Source: Mobula hypostoma
Taxonomy: Eukaryota
Direction of reading: 5' to 3'
Assembly (NCBI RefSeq): GCF_963921235.1
Contig: NC_086097.1
Location: 73,410,001 to 73,474,000 of the forward strand
Length of the DNA: 64,000 nucleotides
Positions 38,562 through 51,177 of this stretch are shown here, piece after piece. Position 1 is the stretch's first letter, and each line of letters starts with the position of its first letter. Made by a program: the position numbers and the translations under genes. Below the pieces are notes generated by a model. That model saw nothing but the letters and a program-made list of their open reading frames with translations, made no database searches and had not been told where the DNA came from.

Positions 38562-38993
38562 CAATGTGGCATGAACATTGACTTCTCAAACTTCTGCTAA
38601 TGCCCCACCTCCCCCTTGTACCCCATCCATTATTTATTTATATACATACAATCTTTTTTTCTCTCTCTCCTTTGTCTCCCTCTGTCCCTCTCACTATACC
38701 CCTTGCCCATCCTCTGGGCTTCCCCCCCCCTCCCCCTTTTCTTTCTCCCTAGGCCCCCTTGTCCCATGATCCTCTCATATCCCTTTTGCCAATCAACTGT
38801 CCAGCTCTTGGCTCCTCCCTCCTCCTCCTGTCTTCTCCGATCATTTCGGATCTCCCCCTCCCCCTCCCATTTTCAAATCTCTTATTATCTCTTCTTTCAG
38901 TTAGTCCTGACGAAGGGTCTCGGTCCGAAACATCGACTGTACCTCTTCCTAGAGATGCTGCCTGGTCTGCTGCGTTCACCAGCAACTTTTATG
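38562..38993 (+). mobile_element. Penelope 3' fragment with 12-bp TSD
   Basis: GMNIDFSNF C-terminal remnant, pyrimidine tract and pLTR; TSD TGTGTACAGTCA at 38550-38561 and 38994-39005. Confidence 0.85.
38902..38939 (+). ncRNA. Minimal type I hammerhead ribozyme motif, Penelope-associated
   Basis: TAGTC-CTGACGA-A-GGGT(CTCG)GTCC-GAAA-CATC^-GACTG: stem I AGTC/GACT, both core boxes present, stem II hairpin; stem III palindrome ACGT mutated to ACAT. Confidence 0.75.
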
Positions 38994-39115
38994 TGTGTAC
39001 AGTCATAACCAGTTGCATGAAGTACCCCAGCTATGATCTCAGTTAAGTTCTTATTGTGAAGATCAATATTGCCTTATTTTCCATTCCATATCTGTAGATG
39101 CAAGAAGGATTCTGC

Positions 39116-40952
39116 TGTTATAAGAATCTACCCCTTAGTAATAATGATTAGACAGGCACAGAGAGAATCTGTATTTACTAAATCTTTATTGCCTCAACAA
39201 AACACCCATGGGTTCACAAACTAAGTACCTGTGTGCACACCCACTAGAATTTCCTGACCCTCCATGAACAGTCAATGAAGAGGAAAGGTATTATCCGGGA
39301 AAGGAGTCTTCGCTGACTAGGCATTCCTCGTGGTCCTGATCTCCATGTGTCCATGGGGTCCTCCTCATCGGTGATGGTTGTTCTCTGGTTGCTGAAGAGT
39401 TATTGCTGTTATTTATTTGAAAATCCTGACTCTTATAGTGTTCTTCATCAGTTGAACTGATGATCTCCATCCCGTTGGCTTTGATTACCTGATCTTCCTG
39501 GGTCATTTTCTTACTGGCTCTGGTCCAAGACTACAACCAACATTGTTCTATGGTCTCTGCCCTCGGCCTCGTGTCTTTGTTCCTTTCAATTTGACTGGTT
39601 CAACCCCCTTAAACTAGGTGACTCAGACACTGAGGCTACGTCTACACTTCGCCGGATAATTTTGAAAATGCCGATTTCGAGTAAAAACGATAGGCGTACA
39701 CACTAAGTGTTTTTCAAAATATCTCTGTCCACACTAACATGGATATTTAGGTGAATCTCCTCTACTGGACACGCGCAGGACACACAGAAAACAAGCAAAG
39801 AAGAAACGGTATACTTAGTGCGCGTTTGTCCAGTTACAGAGTAGAAAAACTTAAAAGGAATTGCTCTTGGCTGTCGCGCAGGAGGACTTAAAACTAAAAA
39901 AAAACAAATACTGGAGCATATGGAAGCAACCGACAGGGAGTTCACGGACAGTATGACCCGGTTGACGACGCACATTGAAAAACTGACTAACTCTGTTGCA
40001 TTAATAAAGCACCTTGTTAAATGTATAAAACATGTCTGCATCAATGTTATCTTGTTTTTCCATACAATGTTACATTAGGCTGTTACACATCTTTTGTCAG
40101 AGAAGTACTTACATAAATGGGTAAACCACCTTCATACAAGCAAGGACAGAAAACAGAGCAAAGTGAGTATACTTATTTATTCAGTAAGCTATGGGTCAAA
40201 GTATTTGGTGAGTACATTTCTAACTCTTCTGGCAGTCTCGTTGCCGTCTGTTCTGAAATTGTTAGGTTATGTGGGGAGTTGCATTCAAGAAAACAATGAA
40301 ATGCCGTGCTGCGGCCATCTGTTCCGGCACATCATGACAGCGTTTTTAAAAAGTCAAAAAAGCTCACTTTACAATTTAACTCTCACGCCGTTCACACCAA
40401 CTGCGCGTTATAACAGCGGTACGGCAGTGCTTGCGCAGTACCAAGCAGAAGCAGAAAAAGCATTGTTGTTGTGGTGTTGTCATGACAGCATTTTTAAATC
40501 TCTCCGTTTACCCCATACACACTACAATGGATATTAGACGTTTTCGGATTTATTCACTCTGGAGATTGTTTCTGAAAATCTCCGTTTTTGGGGGATGAAA
40601 ACGCCGCTTTAGTGTGGATGGAGGGTCAAAACGAAGAGAAAAAGCTTCATTTTCAAAATTATCTGGCGTAGTGTGGACGTAGCCTGAGTCTAACAAAATT
40701 ACAGATTGCTTCTCTTGCAAGCTTGTCACTTTACATAATAAAGCTACTTGTCTGAGAATGGTCTCAGGTTTAGCAGGTCATTAGCTGAAGCTCGTTGTGT
40801 CCACATTCAATTGCTCTGATTAGATTATCCCAGAGAAAGAATCAGTTCAGAGTTCAGAAAATGGAGGGAAACAAAGACAATTGGTTTGTCTACTTCCGGT
40901 CCTTGTTTCATCAATCCACTGATTTGAAGGCTGTAGTTCTTTCTGGGCAACA
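39116..40952 (-). mobile_element. Possible solo LTR of about 780 bp interrupted by the Harbinger element
   Basis: TGTT...AACA ends, minus-strand AATAAA (about 39185) and TATAAG (about 39433); TSD not clean. Confidence 0.35.
39634..40684. mobile_element. Non-autonomous PIF/Harbinger-like DNA transposon
   Basis: TIRs of about 37 bp GGCTACGTCYACACTWCGCCRGATAATTTTGAAAATG; 3-bp TSD TGA at 39631-39633 and 40685-40687; no transposase ORF. Confidence 0.85.
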
Positions 40953-41073
40953 CTCTGTTTTTTCCTGGTCACATGGTTCTCACACAGCCCATCATCATCA
41001 GTCTATTTAATGACTGAAGTACTTCTCTGGTGTATGGTTCAGTAGAAATCCTCAGCAAGGTACTCTTAGTGAT

Positions 41074-41278
41074 ACAACACACATCAAAGTTGCTGGTGAA
41101 TGCAGTGGGCCAGGCAGCATCTCTAGGAAGAGGTACAGTCGACGTTTCGGGCCGAGACTCTTCAAAACGTCGACTGTACCTCTTCCTAGAGATGCTGCCT
41201 GGCCTGCTGCGTTCTCCAGCAACTTTGATGTGTGTTGCTTGAATTTCCAGCATCCGCAGAATTCCTTGTGTTTGCGTC
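41074..41278. mobile_element. Fold-back (inverted) Penelope terminal-repeat insertion
   Basis: 73-bp inverted arms 41075-41147 and 41165-41237; 11-bp TSD CTCTTAGTGAT at 41063-41073 and 41279-41289. Confidence 0.9.
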
Positions 41279-42184
41279 CTCTTAGTGATGTTGGCTTTTG
41301 TGGCTGCACATGCAGCCCAGAATTCAGAAATGCCCTGGGAGAGCTTGGCCATGCAGTGCTGAAGGCCTGGATACACAACTTATCTAGGAAGCTAACCAGG
41401 GCTGGTGGATGAAGTGCAGCCACATTTATTCAAATAGGCTCACCAATGTGAATTAGAAATTTTAGTGCAGGATGTGATTTGACCTTTTCAAAATTTATTT
41501 TACTTAATTTTAACATATTAAACATATTATTTAAATCCTTGCAGTTAAATTTATCAATTTTAGTATTATTTTAAGCCCTGTAATTCAAAAGGAATTCCAT
41601 GATGTTGAATCAGTCCAGTGAACTGTCAGGTCTGTCTCAAGGTCAATTCTCCTCAGAATTTCCTGGTTGAGATTGAATCACCTGTTGCAGGTGCTCTGCC
41701 ACATAGCTGAAATTTGATTGGTCCTGCAGGGGTATGACACAAGGGATTTGTGTGACTGCAGTTGTGGGCGAGGGGGGTTAGTTGATAGTGGGGCAAAGGC
41801 AGACTAAGTGCAATCTGGTTTACTGAAGTGCTCAGGCAGTTGAAAAATTGATGCCCCTATTTTAGAAAACCCTTCAAATCTTCCCAAATATTTTGGTTTA
41901 ATTTGCTACTTAATTTTAAAAGCATCTTCTTACCCTTTTTAGGGTTTTTTTTCCCTCTAAGAATAAATTTCTGACATTTTCACTGTAGAAAATATAATTC
42001 ATTTCATGGTACTTTCTAATGATAACTTTCTCAATGCCAAGTTGTACAATAAATATCAATAATTCAACCATCTCAAAAAATAAGCTGTAAAAAATTATCA
42101 GAAAGGCTTAGCATCTTTTATGAGAGCACCAGGAATATTGTAGTGTTCATTCTTTGTATATAATTTTAAAATGCAGCAACCTGG

Positions 42185-42890
42185 TTGTTATTCTCACACG
42201 TACCACAATACAGTGAAAAGCTTGTTTGCATTCTCTTCGTGCAGATCAAATTATTACAGGGTGCATTGAGCTAGAATAAGGTTAAAACAATAACAATGTA
42301 GAATAAAATGTAAAAGCGACCAAAAAATTGTGGTGCAGGTAGACGATAAAGTGCAAGATTGTAATGAGTAGATTGTGAGGCCAAGAGTCCTTCTTATCAA
42401 ACATTAGGTCTGTTCAAGTGTCAGTGAGAAACTGTCCTGAGCCTTGTGGTACGTACTTCCAGGTTTTTATATTTTCTGTCCAATGGGAGACGGATGGAGA
42501 GAGAATGTCCAGGGTAGGTGGGTTCTTTGATTATCCTGGCTGGTTTACTGAGGCAGCGTGAATCTGCAGAGGGAAGGCTGGTGATGTGATGTGGTGAGCT
42601 GTGTCCACAATTCTCTGCAGTATCATGCAATCACTTCCAGAGGAGTTACCATATAAAGCTGTTATGCATCTAGACGGATTCCTTTCCATGGTGTATCAAT
42701 AAAACTTGGTAAGGAGCAAGGAGGACATGACAATTTCTTTAGCCTCCTGAGGACATAGGGGCAACTGATGAGTTTTCTTAATTGTGGCATCAGCATGTTT
42801 GGACCAGGACAGGCTGTTGATGATGATCACACCAAGGAACTTGAAACTCTCAACGTTGTTAATGTAGACAGGGGCATGTGCACCTGCTTG
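42185..42890 (-). mobile_element. Decayed Rex1/Babar-type LINE 3' fragment
   Basis: IIKEPTYPGHSL..LPLDRKYKNL..RTTRLRT; 3' UTR similar to 1900-2190. Confidence 0.7.
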
Positions 42891-43175
42891 CTGTTAATGG
42901 AAAAGTTATGTATTCAGGGCATATTTCTTTTTGCTGTGGTCAGGGTTATACTGAAAGCTTTGTGATTCTGTTATGTCTTCTGGTGCATAATTTATTGTTG
43001 AACTATATAGCCATTTATATTGCATGATGTTTGTATTGTTCAAATGAGATCAGAAATCATGGGTCAGATCCTACTGATTAGAATGATTTCCAACAAAACC
43101 GTTGATGAGATTTATCTTTTAAAGGAAATCAGATTTTCAAAATGAGATTAGTATGAGAATGATTAATTTATTTCA

Positions 43176-43312
43176 CAAACAAGAGAGAATGTGCAGATGC
43201 TGTAAATCTAAGCAACACGCACAAAATTCTGGAGGAACTCAGCAGGCCAGGCAGCATCTATGGGGGAAAAAAGTACAGTCAACTTTTTGGGCCAAGACCC
43301 TTCAGCAGAACG
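43176..43312 (-). mobile_element. Short Penelope terminal-repeat insertion with 15-bp TSD
   Basis: TSD GATTAATTTATTTCA at 43161-43175 and 43313-43327; 5' end lies at a decayed hammerhead core (CTGCTGAAGGGTCTTGGCCC). Confidence 0.85.
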
Positions 43313-43519
43313 GATTAATTTATTTCATGCTTTCTCCTGACTCCTGTCTCTGCCCTACGAAAGTGGAATATACAGCAAGGCTGCAAGGGAGACTGTAACT
43401 GCATTTCTGCAGTCAACGGCTGGAGCTAAACACTGCCTCTGACTGCAAAACTCAATACATTTTGTCTTGGTACAAATCTTCCAGAGGAACCCAGGACTTC
43501 CAGAGCTTTGCAAGGCAAG

Positions 43520-44637
43520 GTGAAGTGCTTTGAGAGTTTGGCCATGGCTGAAATTAACTCCTGCCTAGGCAAGGACCTGGACCCACTGCAATTTGCCTAT
43601 TCCACAATTGGTCTGCAGCGAATACAATTTCACTGTCTCTTCACTAGGCTTTAGAGTACTTAGATAACAGCAATACCTACATCAGGTGGTGTTTATTGCT
43701 GACGACTCAGCATTCAACACATTTATACCTTCAGTACTAGTCAACAACCTCCAAAACCTAGGCCTCTGTACCTCCCTCTGCAACTGGATCCTTGACTTCT
43801 TTATTGGTAGACCACAGTCAGTGCGGATCAAAAATAACATCTCCTCTCTCTGATGATCACCAGAGGTGCTCCTCAAGGAGACATGCTTAGCCCACTGCTC
43901 TAGTCTTTATACACTCAGGACAGTGTGGCAAGGCACGGCTCAAACTCCATCTTTAAATTTGCCGATGACACAACTGTTGTTGGCAGAATCTTAGATGGCG
44001 ATGAGGAGGGATACATGAATGAGATAGATTGGCTGGTTGAGTGATGTTGCAACAATTACCTTGCGCTTACCATCAGTAAGACCAAAGAATTTACTGTGTA
44101 TCTCAGGAAGGAGAAGTCGAAAGAACACACAACAATCCTTATCGAGGGATCAGCAGTGGAAAGGGTGAGCAGTTCCAAGTTCCTGCATGTCAACTTGTCT
44201 GGATATCTCTCCTGAATTATTGATGCAATTATGAAGAAGACACATCAGCGGCTATATTTCAATAAGAATTTGAGGCAATTTGGTATTTCATCAAAGACTT
44301 GAACAAGTTTCTACTGTTGTACTGTGAAGAGCATTCCAACTGATTGCATCATGGACTGGTATGAAGAGGCTACTGCACAGGTTCAGGGAAAACTCTGCCA
44401 ACTCCATCATAGGCATAGCCTCCCCAGCATGGAGAAAATCTTCAAAAGGCGATGCCTTAAAAAGGCATTATCCATCATCGCCCAAACCATGTCGCTATTG
44501 CTACTATTAAGGAAGAGGTGCAGGAGCCTGAAGACACACACTCAATGTTTAGGAACAGTTTATTCCCTTTTTTTCTTGTAATTTATTTTTATGTATTGCA
44601 ATGTTCTGCTGCCACTAAACAACAAATTTCATGGCAT
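43520..44637 (+). mobile_element. Decayed Rex1/Babar-type LINE
   Basis: [30 protein letters not shown] and FKFADDTTVVG. Confidence 0.8.
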
Positions 44638-44641
44638 ACAA

Positions 44642-46170
44642 CTGTGTTTCCCAACCTTTTTTAGCCCAGTGCCCCCCAGAGCACTTTCATACTTGCAAAT
44701 ACCCCCCTAAAGCACCTTCATACTTGCCAACACCCCTTTTAGGCACAATATACTTTCCAGCACTCCATAATGTAAAAGCACGTCTACCATATTACCATTT
44801 GCTAACGTGCGGAAAATGATTCTGCTTTAAGTTTTCATTTGTCTTTAAACCTAGCTTATACAGTATCTGTGTGATATCATTGTGATCCTTGAGCTTGATG
44901 GTTTTCGGCAATGCCCTGGTTAGGATCTTTACTGCTATGCTGTGGTATTTCATTTTAGCAGTTCTGTAAGAGTAGTCAATTCTGCTTTCAGCCTGTTTAG
45001 GTTTGAGCTAAGATAAGGGGCTTTGTTGTTCAACTTAGGAATGTTGTGTCAGCTAATCAGGATGGTGGAATTTGGAGAAGGTTCTAGAGATCCCTGGGTA
45101 GAGAGGTTTTTGTGATGGACACCGGTGTGGGTCAAGTCTTTCTGGCGGGAGCTAGGAGGAGACAGGAGGGAAGATGGCTGAGGATGCCATCCCTGTTACA
45201 CAGGGTACTTTGTGCACATGAATGTCCTCAAGGAGAAGGACCATGGGGGAGCTCGTTTGTTCGAGATGGATTTTGAGCGACATTCGGAAGGTGGTGTACG
45301 CTTTCATGCAGGCCAAGAGTTCAGCATGTGAGTTAAAGACAACTTCAAGATGAGCTCCAATTTATGTGCATATTTGGACTGGGTTAACTAATGGGCCCTT
45401 TTTATTTATTTTTCTTTTTCCTATTAACTGTTCAATAAAGCTGACATTTGTAAGTATACTTCTTTTATAATTGTATGCTGTGTACAAGCTGTTATTTCTT
45501 GCCAGTGGTTAATGGCTTGGGGGCAGTATTCACACAGATCAGGGTTCAGGTGGGTGAGACATCCCAACCTCCCAGGTTTGCTGGGACCCAAGTCATTATC
45601 TACCCTAGAGATATGGACCTGTGTATATATGGTGCTCCATCTGTTGCACAAGAAATCATGTTCCTAATCGGAATACTTCTATCCTCAATATACATTTTGA
45701 GCTCATCGTAGATTGTTTCTCTGTTGATATTTGTTTTTAACTTTTTACAAAAGAAAATCTTTTCATAAACTTTTCCATTTTTGAAAAACCATACATATGC
45801 CATTAGCAATGCCTCATTGTCTCGCACAGTTGACTCATCCAGTTGCATCCCAAGTTCTGTTTTTTGTAGCTCTGTAGATATATGTAGAGCTACTAGAACT
45901 TGATGTTTCAATCCCTGTGGTAAGTTGGCACTCTCGATGTTGGCAGTGGGCTTGGAATGGTGACAAGGAGGGAGGGTAGGTACGTCATTGGGGTCATCAG
46001 GTGGGCGTTGACGTTTCATTGATAAGCCCACGACGTCTCCAGAGGGCTCAACAGTGCTACCTGGCATCCCAGATAAACGCCCCTCAGTTCCATACCCTCC
46101 TGTCTTCATCTTGCAGCCCAGTTGTTGTCTGTGTATAGTTGATGCTCAATTCGTCAATATGACAAACTAC
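44642..46170 (-). mobile_element. Fragmented hAT (Charlie/ZBED8-like) transposon with later insertions
   Basis: TIR-like CTGTGTTTCCCAACCTTTTT; C-terminal AENHQAQGS near 44880-44910; QLDESTVRDNEALLMAYV...CATDGAP at 45630-45870. Confidence 0.7.
44908..45612 (+). mobile_element. LTR-like insertion inside the hAT remnant
   Basis: Abrupt non-hAT block with CCAAT-like (GCTAATCAG), purine-rich and AATAAA (about 45435) parts; termini unresolved. Confidence 0.35.
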
Positions 46171-48820
46171 AAAGTTATTACTCAGAGGAATTGATTTTAA
46201 AATACTAGTATCCGTTTTGAGAACAGTAGTGAGCACTTCTTATACGGCAGGCATTATTTCACCATTTGTATGAGATTTTCCACACTTTGACAAGGATTCA
46301 AGTTGGAATCTGAATGTTAGTCGGGAGAGATGTGGTGTTCAGCAAGCTACCTTTATACTATTCCAGTTAGCGCAATTGACCAATCATGTAAGGTCTCATA
46401 ATCCCCAAAGATGGTTCCTGACTGCACATATGAAGCCAGGGTATTTTTGAACACCTCAAGAGGAACCTTTGGGGTCAGCAGGTTCACTGATTGGCTCTAT
46501 TTCATCGTTTGGTTCCAGCCAGTGCTGTATTCCTTAGATCTGTGGAGAAAGCTGAGAGGGGGTACTTGAGTTACCAGCTGTTAAATTGCATGAATTTGTT
46601 CCATGCCACAGCTCAAGGGGGAACTGTTGGGCACCCTGGCTGCTAATTTATGCATCCCCAATAATGTCTTTTTGGTGGATAAGGTCGGATGAGATTGCCA
46701 ACTTTCAGATGCGTTGTAATGACGAGTGCTCACCGCCTGCAGAGCTGTGGTTCTTCCTGTGTTCCAGTGCCTCATCCTTTCTTTTATGGAGGTACCTGCT
46801 CTACTAACAATTGGTCAGGTCTCGTGCCTCCTTAGAGTACCATTACTACCCGTTCCCCAATGCCCCTTTAGGACACGTAACGACCCCCTTGGGGGACAAC
46901 ATGGCCCCTGTTGGGAATCACTGCATACAGTTATGTCAGTGATATTAAACCTAATTCTGATTCTGAAGCCTCCGTGTCCAGAGCAAAAAGCCCACCTAGA
47001 GCAACATTGCTGCAGGATAGAGTTCCACACAAGTGACCCTACCAAATGTCAATAGTGATTGAAGGAATTGCAAAGGAGGGAAGGGGGATAAGAAGAAAAC
47101 AAAAATGATATCAACAGTCATGTATAGAACAGGATGCCATTTATTTAAATGCTAACTTGGCTTCTCTATCAGTAATGGTTGTACATTTCTTACCTAATTT
47201 TCTGCGCTCAGTTAACAAGAATTGAATTTAGGGATGATCCTGAACAGTACTAAGCTGAGCTGCTTCTTTAAGTGGTACGTCACCAAGTTCCAGCAGCAGA
47301 GTCCATAAATCACAATTTTTTTTGTTACTTTACTAGGTATCTAAAAGATTCAGGATCCGTTAGTGTAGCGTAAGCTGGGAACTGGCAAATGAGTCCCAGT
47401 GCAAGGGTATAAAAGAAATGAGCCTCAGGCATGAATACAGAAAAATCAGTACAGGGAATTAAACATTGCAGGTTAGAATACAATTAGAAACAGTCCTGAG
47501 GGAAAGCATACAGCTGTCAAGAAGATCAACATAAATTCCACACAGATACAGATACAAGATGATAAAGGATCAATCACACAACTAATAATGGAGGAGAGAT
47601 GGAAGAATAAATATGCAGATAAATTGAGGAAACATGGTTTAAAAAATGTAATATTAATTTTAATAGCCTGAAATTTAATTGTTCATATAAGGTAGGTAAA
47701 GATGATAAAGGAGTAGAGTCCCAGTGAGGTATACAGCATTCCTCTGTAACCAAATACATTTGTTTTAAAAAAGTTAAGTAAAAAGACAATTCATTAATGG
47801 ATATTGTATCTGAGAATGAAGTGGAAAATAAGGAAAGGAGGAATGTCAAGGCAATCCTATTATTTGAAGTACATAAGGCATAGGAGCAGAATTAGGCCAT
47901 TCAGCCCATCCAGCCTGCTTTGCCATTTCATCATGCCTGACTTGTTATCTCTCTAAACCCAGTTCTGCCTTCTCCCCATAACCTTTGTCACCCTTACTAA
48001 TCAGGGACCCATCAACCTCCACTTTAAATATATGTAATAATTTGGCCTCCACAGATGTCTGTGGCAGTGAATTCCGCAGATTCACTATCCGCTAGCTAAA
48101 GAAATTCCTCCTCATTTCTGTTCTACAGAGACGTCGTTCTATTCTGAGGCTGTGCCCTCTGCTGCTAGACTCCCCCACTATAGGAAACATCCTTTTCGTG
48201 TCCACTGTATCTAGGTCTTTCAATATTTGATTTCAATGAAATTTTCCCTCTTTCTTCTAAACTCTCATGAGTACAGGCCCAGAGCCATCAGACACACCTC
48301 ATGTGTTAAACTTTTCATTCCCCAGATCATTCTTGTAAGCCTCCTCCAAGCTATCTCCATTGCCAGCACATTATTGCTTGGATATGGGCCCAAAATTTCT
48401 CACAATACTCCATATGTGGTCTGACCAATGCCTTATAAAGCTTCAGTATAATGTCCTTTTTTAATATATTCTAGTCCTCTTGAAATGTGTGTTACCACTA
48501 CATATGTCTTCTTTACTCTGATTCGACCTGCAAGTTGACCTTTAGGGAATTCTGCACCAGGGCTCCTAATTCCATTCGCACTTCCAATTTCAGAATTCTC
48601 TACTTGTTTAGAAAATAGTCTGTGCCTTTATTCCTTCTACCAACGTGCATGACCATATCCTTCGCCACACTGTATCTCAACTGCCACCTCTTTGTGCATT
48701 CTCCTAATCCATGCAAGTCTTTCTGCAGACTTCAACACTGCCAGCCCCTCCACCTATGTTTGTATCGTCCACAAACTTGGCCACAAAGCTGTCAATTATG
48801 TCACCCAGATCATTAACGTA

Positions 48821-50081
48821 CACTCAGTGGCCACTTTATTAAGTACATCTGTGTGCCTGCTCGTTAAGAGAAACATAGAGAAACACAGAAAACCTACAGC
48901 ACAATACAGGCCTTTCAGCCCACAATGCTGTGTTGAACATGCACTTACTTTAAAAATTGTCTAGGGTTACCCATAGCCCTCTATTTTTCTAAGCTCCATG
49001 TACCTACCCAGTAGTCTCTTAAAAGACCCTATCGTATCTGCATGTCACCGGCAGCCCATTCCACGCACTCACCACTCTCTGCATAAAAAAAACTTACCCC
49101 TGACATCTCCTCAGTAGCTACTTCCAAGCACCTTAAAACTGTGCCCTCTCGTGACAGCCATTTCAGCCCTGGGAGAAAGCTTCTGACTATCCACATAATC
49201 AATGCCTCTCATCATCTTATACACCTCTATCAGGTCACCTCTCATCCTCTGCTGCTCCAAGGAGAAAAGGCCAAGTTCATTCAACCTATTCTCATAAGGT
49301 ATGCTCCCCAATCCAGGCAACATCCTTGTAAATCTCCTCTGCACCCTTTCTATAGTTTCCACATCCTTTCTGTAGTGAAGTGACCAGAACTGAGCACAGT
49401 ACTCCAAGTGGGGTCTGACCAGGGTCTTGTACACTATAGCTGTAACATTACCTCTCGGCTCTTAAACTCATTGCCATGGTTGATGAAGGCCAATGTACCG
49501 GATGCTTTCTTAACCACAGAGTCAACTTGCGCAGCAGCTTTTAGTGACCTGTTAATGCAAATATCTAATCAGCCAATCATGTGCCAGCAATTCATTGGAT
49601 AAAATCATGTAGACATAGTCAAGGGGTTCAGTTGTTGTTCAGTCGAAACATCAGAATGTGGTTGAAATGTGCTCGAACTGACTTTGACCATGGACTGATT
49701 GTCAGTGCCACATAGGGTGGTTTGAGTATCTCTGAAAATGCTAATCGCTTGGGATTTTCATGCACAACAGTCTAGAGAGTTTACAGAGAATGGTATGAAA
49801 AACAAATAAAAACATTCAGTGAAGCAGTGGTTCTGTGGATAAAAATGCCTTGTTAATGAGAGGGATCAGAGGACTAAGGCCAGACTAGTTTAAGCTGACA
49901 AGAAGGTGACGGTTACTCAGATAGTCACACAGTAAAACAGTGGTGTGCAGAAATGTATCTCTGATCCTGCAACATGTGGAACCTTGAAGTGGATGGGCTA
50001 CAATAGCAGAAGACTATAGCCTGCAAAGTCAGTGGTCACTTTATTAGATACAGGAGGTATCTAACAAAAGTGCCCAGAGTG
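48821..50081 (+). mobile_element. Tc1-derived non-autonomous element at a TA site, itself interrupted by CR1
   Basis: TA|CACTCAGTGGCCACTTTATT left TIR; HTH remnant at 49670-49800; right end ...AAAGTGCCCAGAGTG|CA. Confidence 0.75.
48868..49550 (-). mobile_element. CR1 3' fragment inserted in the Tc1 element
   Basis: YKTLVRPHLEYCAQFWS...RGDLIEVYK; TTTCTATG-type tail; GTTAA duplicated at 48863-48867 and 49551-49555. Confidence 0.88.
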
Positions 50082-50489
50082 CAAAGTGAAAAGTAGAGGA
50101 CCCAACATCAACCCCTGCAGAACACCACTAGTTACTAGCCTAGCAGCCAATGAAGAAGGACCCCCTTTATTCCCACTCTGCCTTCTGCAAGTCAGCCAAT
50201 CTTCTATCCATGCTAGTATCTTTCGTGTATTACCAAGGGCTCCTATTTTGTTTAGCAGCCTCATGTACGGCACCTTTTCAAAGGTCTTCCGAAAATCTAA
50301 GTAAACAATATCCACTGACTCTCCTTCATCTGTCCTATCTGTTATTTTGCTCAAATAATTCCAATAAGTTTGTCAAGCAAGATTTTTCCTTAAGGAAACC
50401 ATGCTGCTGTCTTCATCCTATTTTTTTTCCTGTACCTCCCAAGTTTCTGAAACTTTATTTGGGTACTTTTGCCCCTTTCACTATTCAAT

Positions 50490-51161
50490 GGTGAACATTG
50501 TTAGGTGTGTTCAGGAAGGTTTCCTGAAGCAATATGTAGGTAAGCCAACCAAACGAGAGGCTGTACTTGATCTGGTATTGCGAAATGAACCTGGTCAGGT
50601 GTCAGATCTCTCAATGGGAGAGTGTTTTGGAGGTAGTGACCACAAATCTAGCTCCTTCACTGTAGTGCTGGAGGGGGATAGGAGCAGATAATTTGGGAAA
50701 ACATTTAATTGGGGCGGGGGAAATATGATGCTATTAGGTAGGAACTGAAGAACATAAATTAGGAGAAGATGTACTCAGGGAAATGCATGGCAGAACTGTG
50801 ACAAATGCTCAGGGAACATTTGCATGGAGTTCTGCATAGGTATGTTCCGGGAAAGGATGGTAGAGTTAAAGAACCATGGCGTACAAAGGATGCAGAAAAT
50901 CTAGTTAAGAAGAAAAGAAAGGCTTACGAAAGGTTCAAGAAACTAAGTACTGTTGGAACTCTAGAAAATTACAAGGTTGCTAGGAAGGAGCTAAAGAATG
51001 GAATTAGGAGAGCCAGAAGGGTATAAGATGATGAGAGGCATTGTGTATAAGTCGATGAGAGGCATTGATTGTGTGGATAGTCAGAGGCTTTTGCCCAGGG
51101 CTGAAATAGATAACAGGAGAGGGCACAGTTTTAAGGTGCTTGGAAGTAGGTACAGAAGAGA
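50490..51161 (+). mobile_element. CR1 fragments: endonuclease end joined to a 3' piece
   Basis: FLKQYVGKPTKREAVLDLVL..SDH motif, then MRGIDCVDSQRLLP. Confidence 0.75.
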
Positions 51162-51177
51162 TGCCCACAGATCTATT

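Larger units (their letters stand above)
47870..50460 (-). mobile_element. Decayed CR1 LINE (47870-48820 and 50084-50460) split by a Tc1 element
   Basis: IVYLDFRKTFEKVP and SGVLQGLMLGPLLF; sequence is collinear across the Tc1 insertion. Confidence 0.8.

Noticed and set aside
45600..46109. 169-aa ZBED/SCAND3-like gene
   Set aside because: Chance fusion of an unrelated insert with a short hAT fragment; no splice structure
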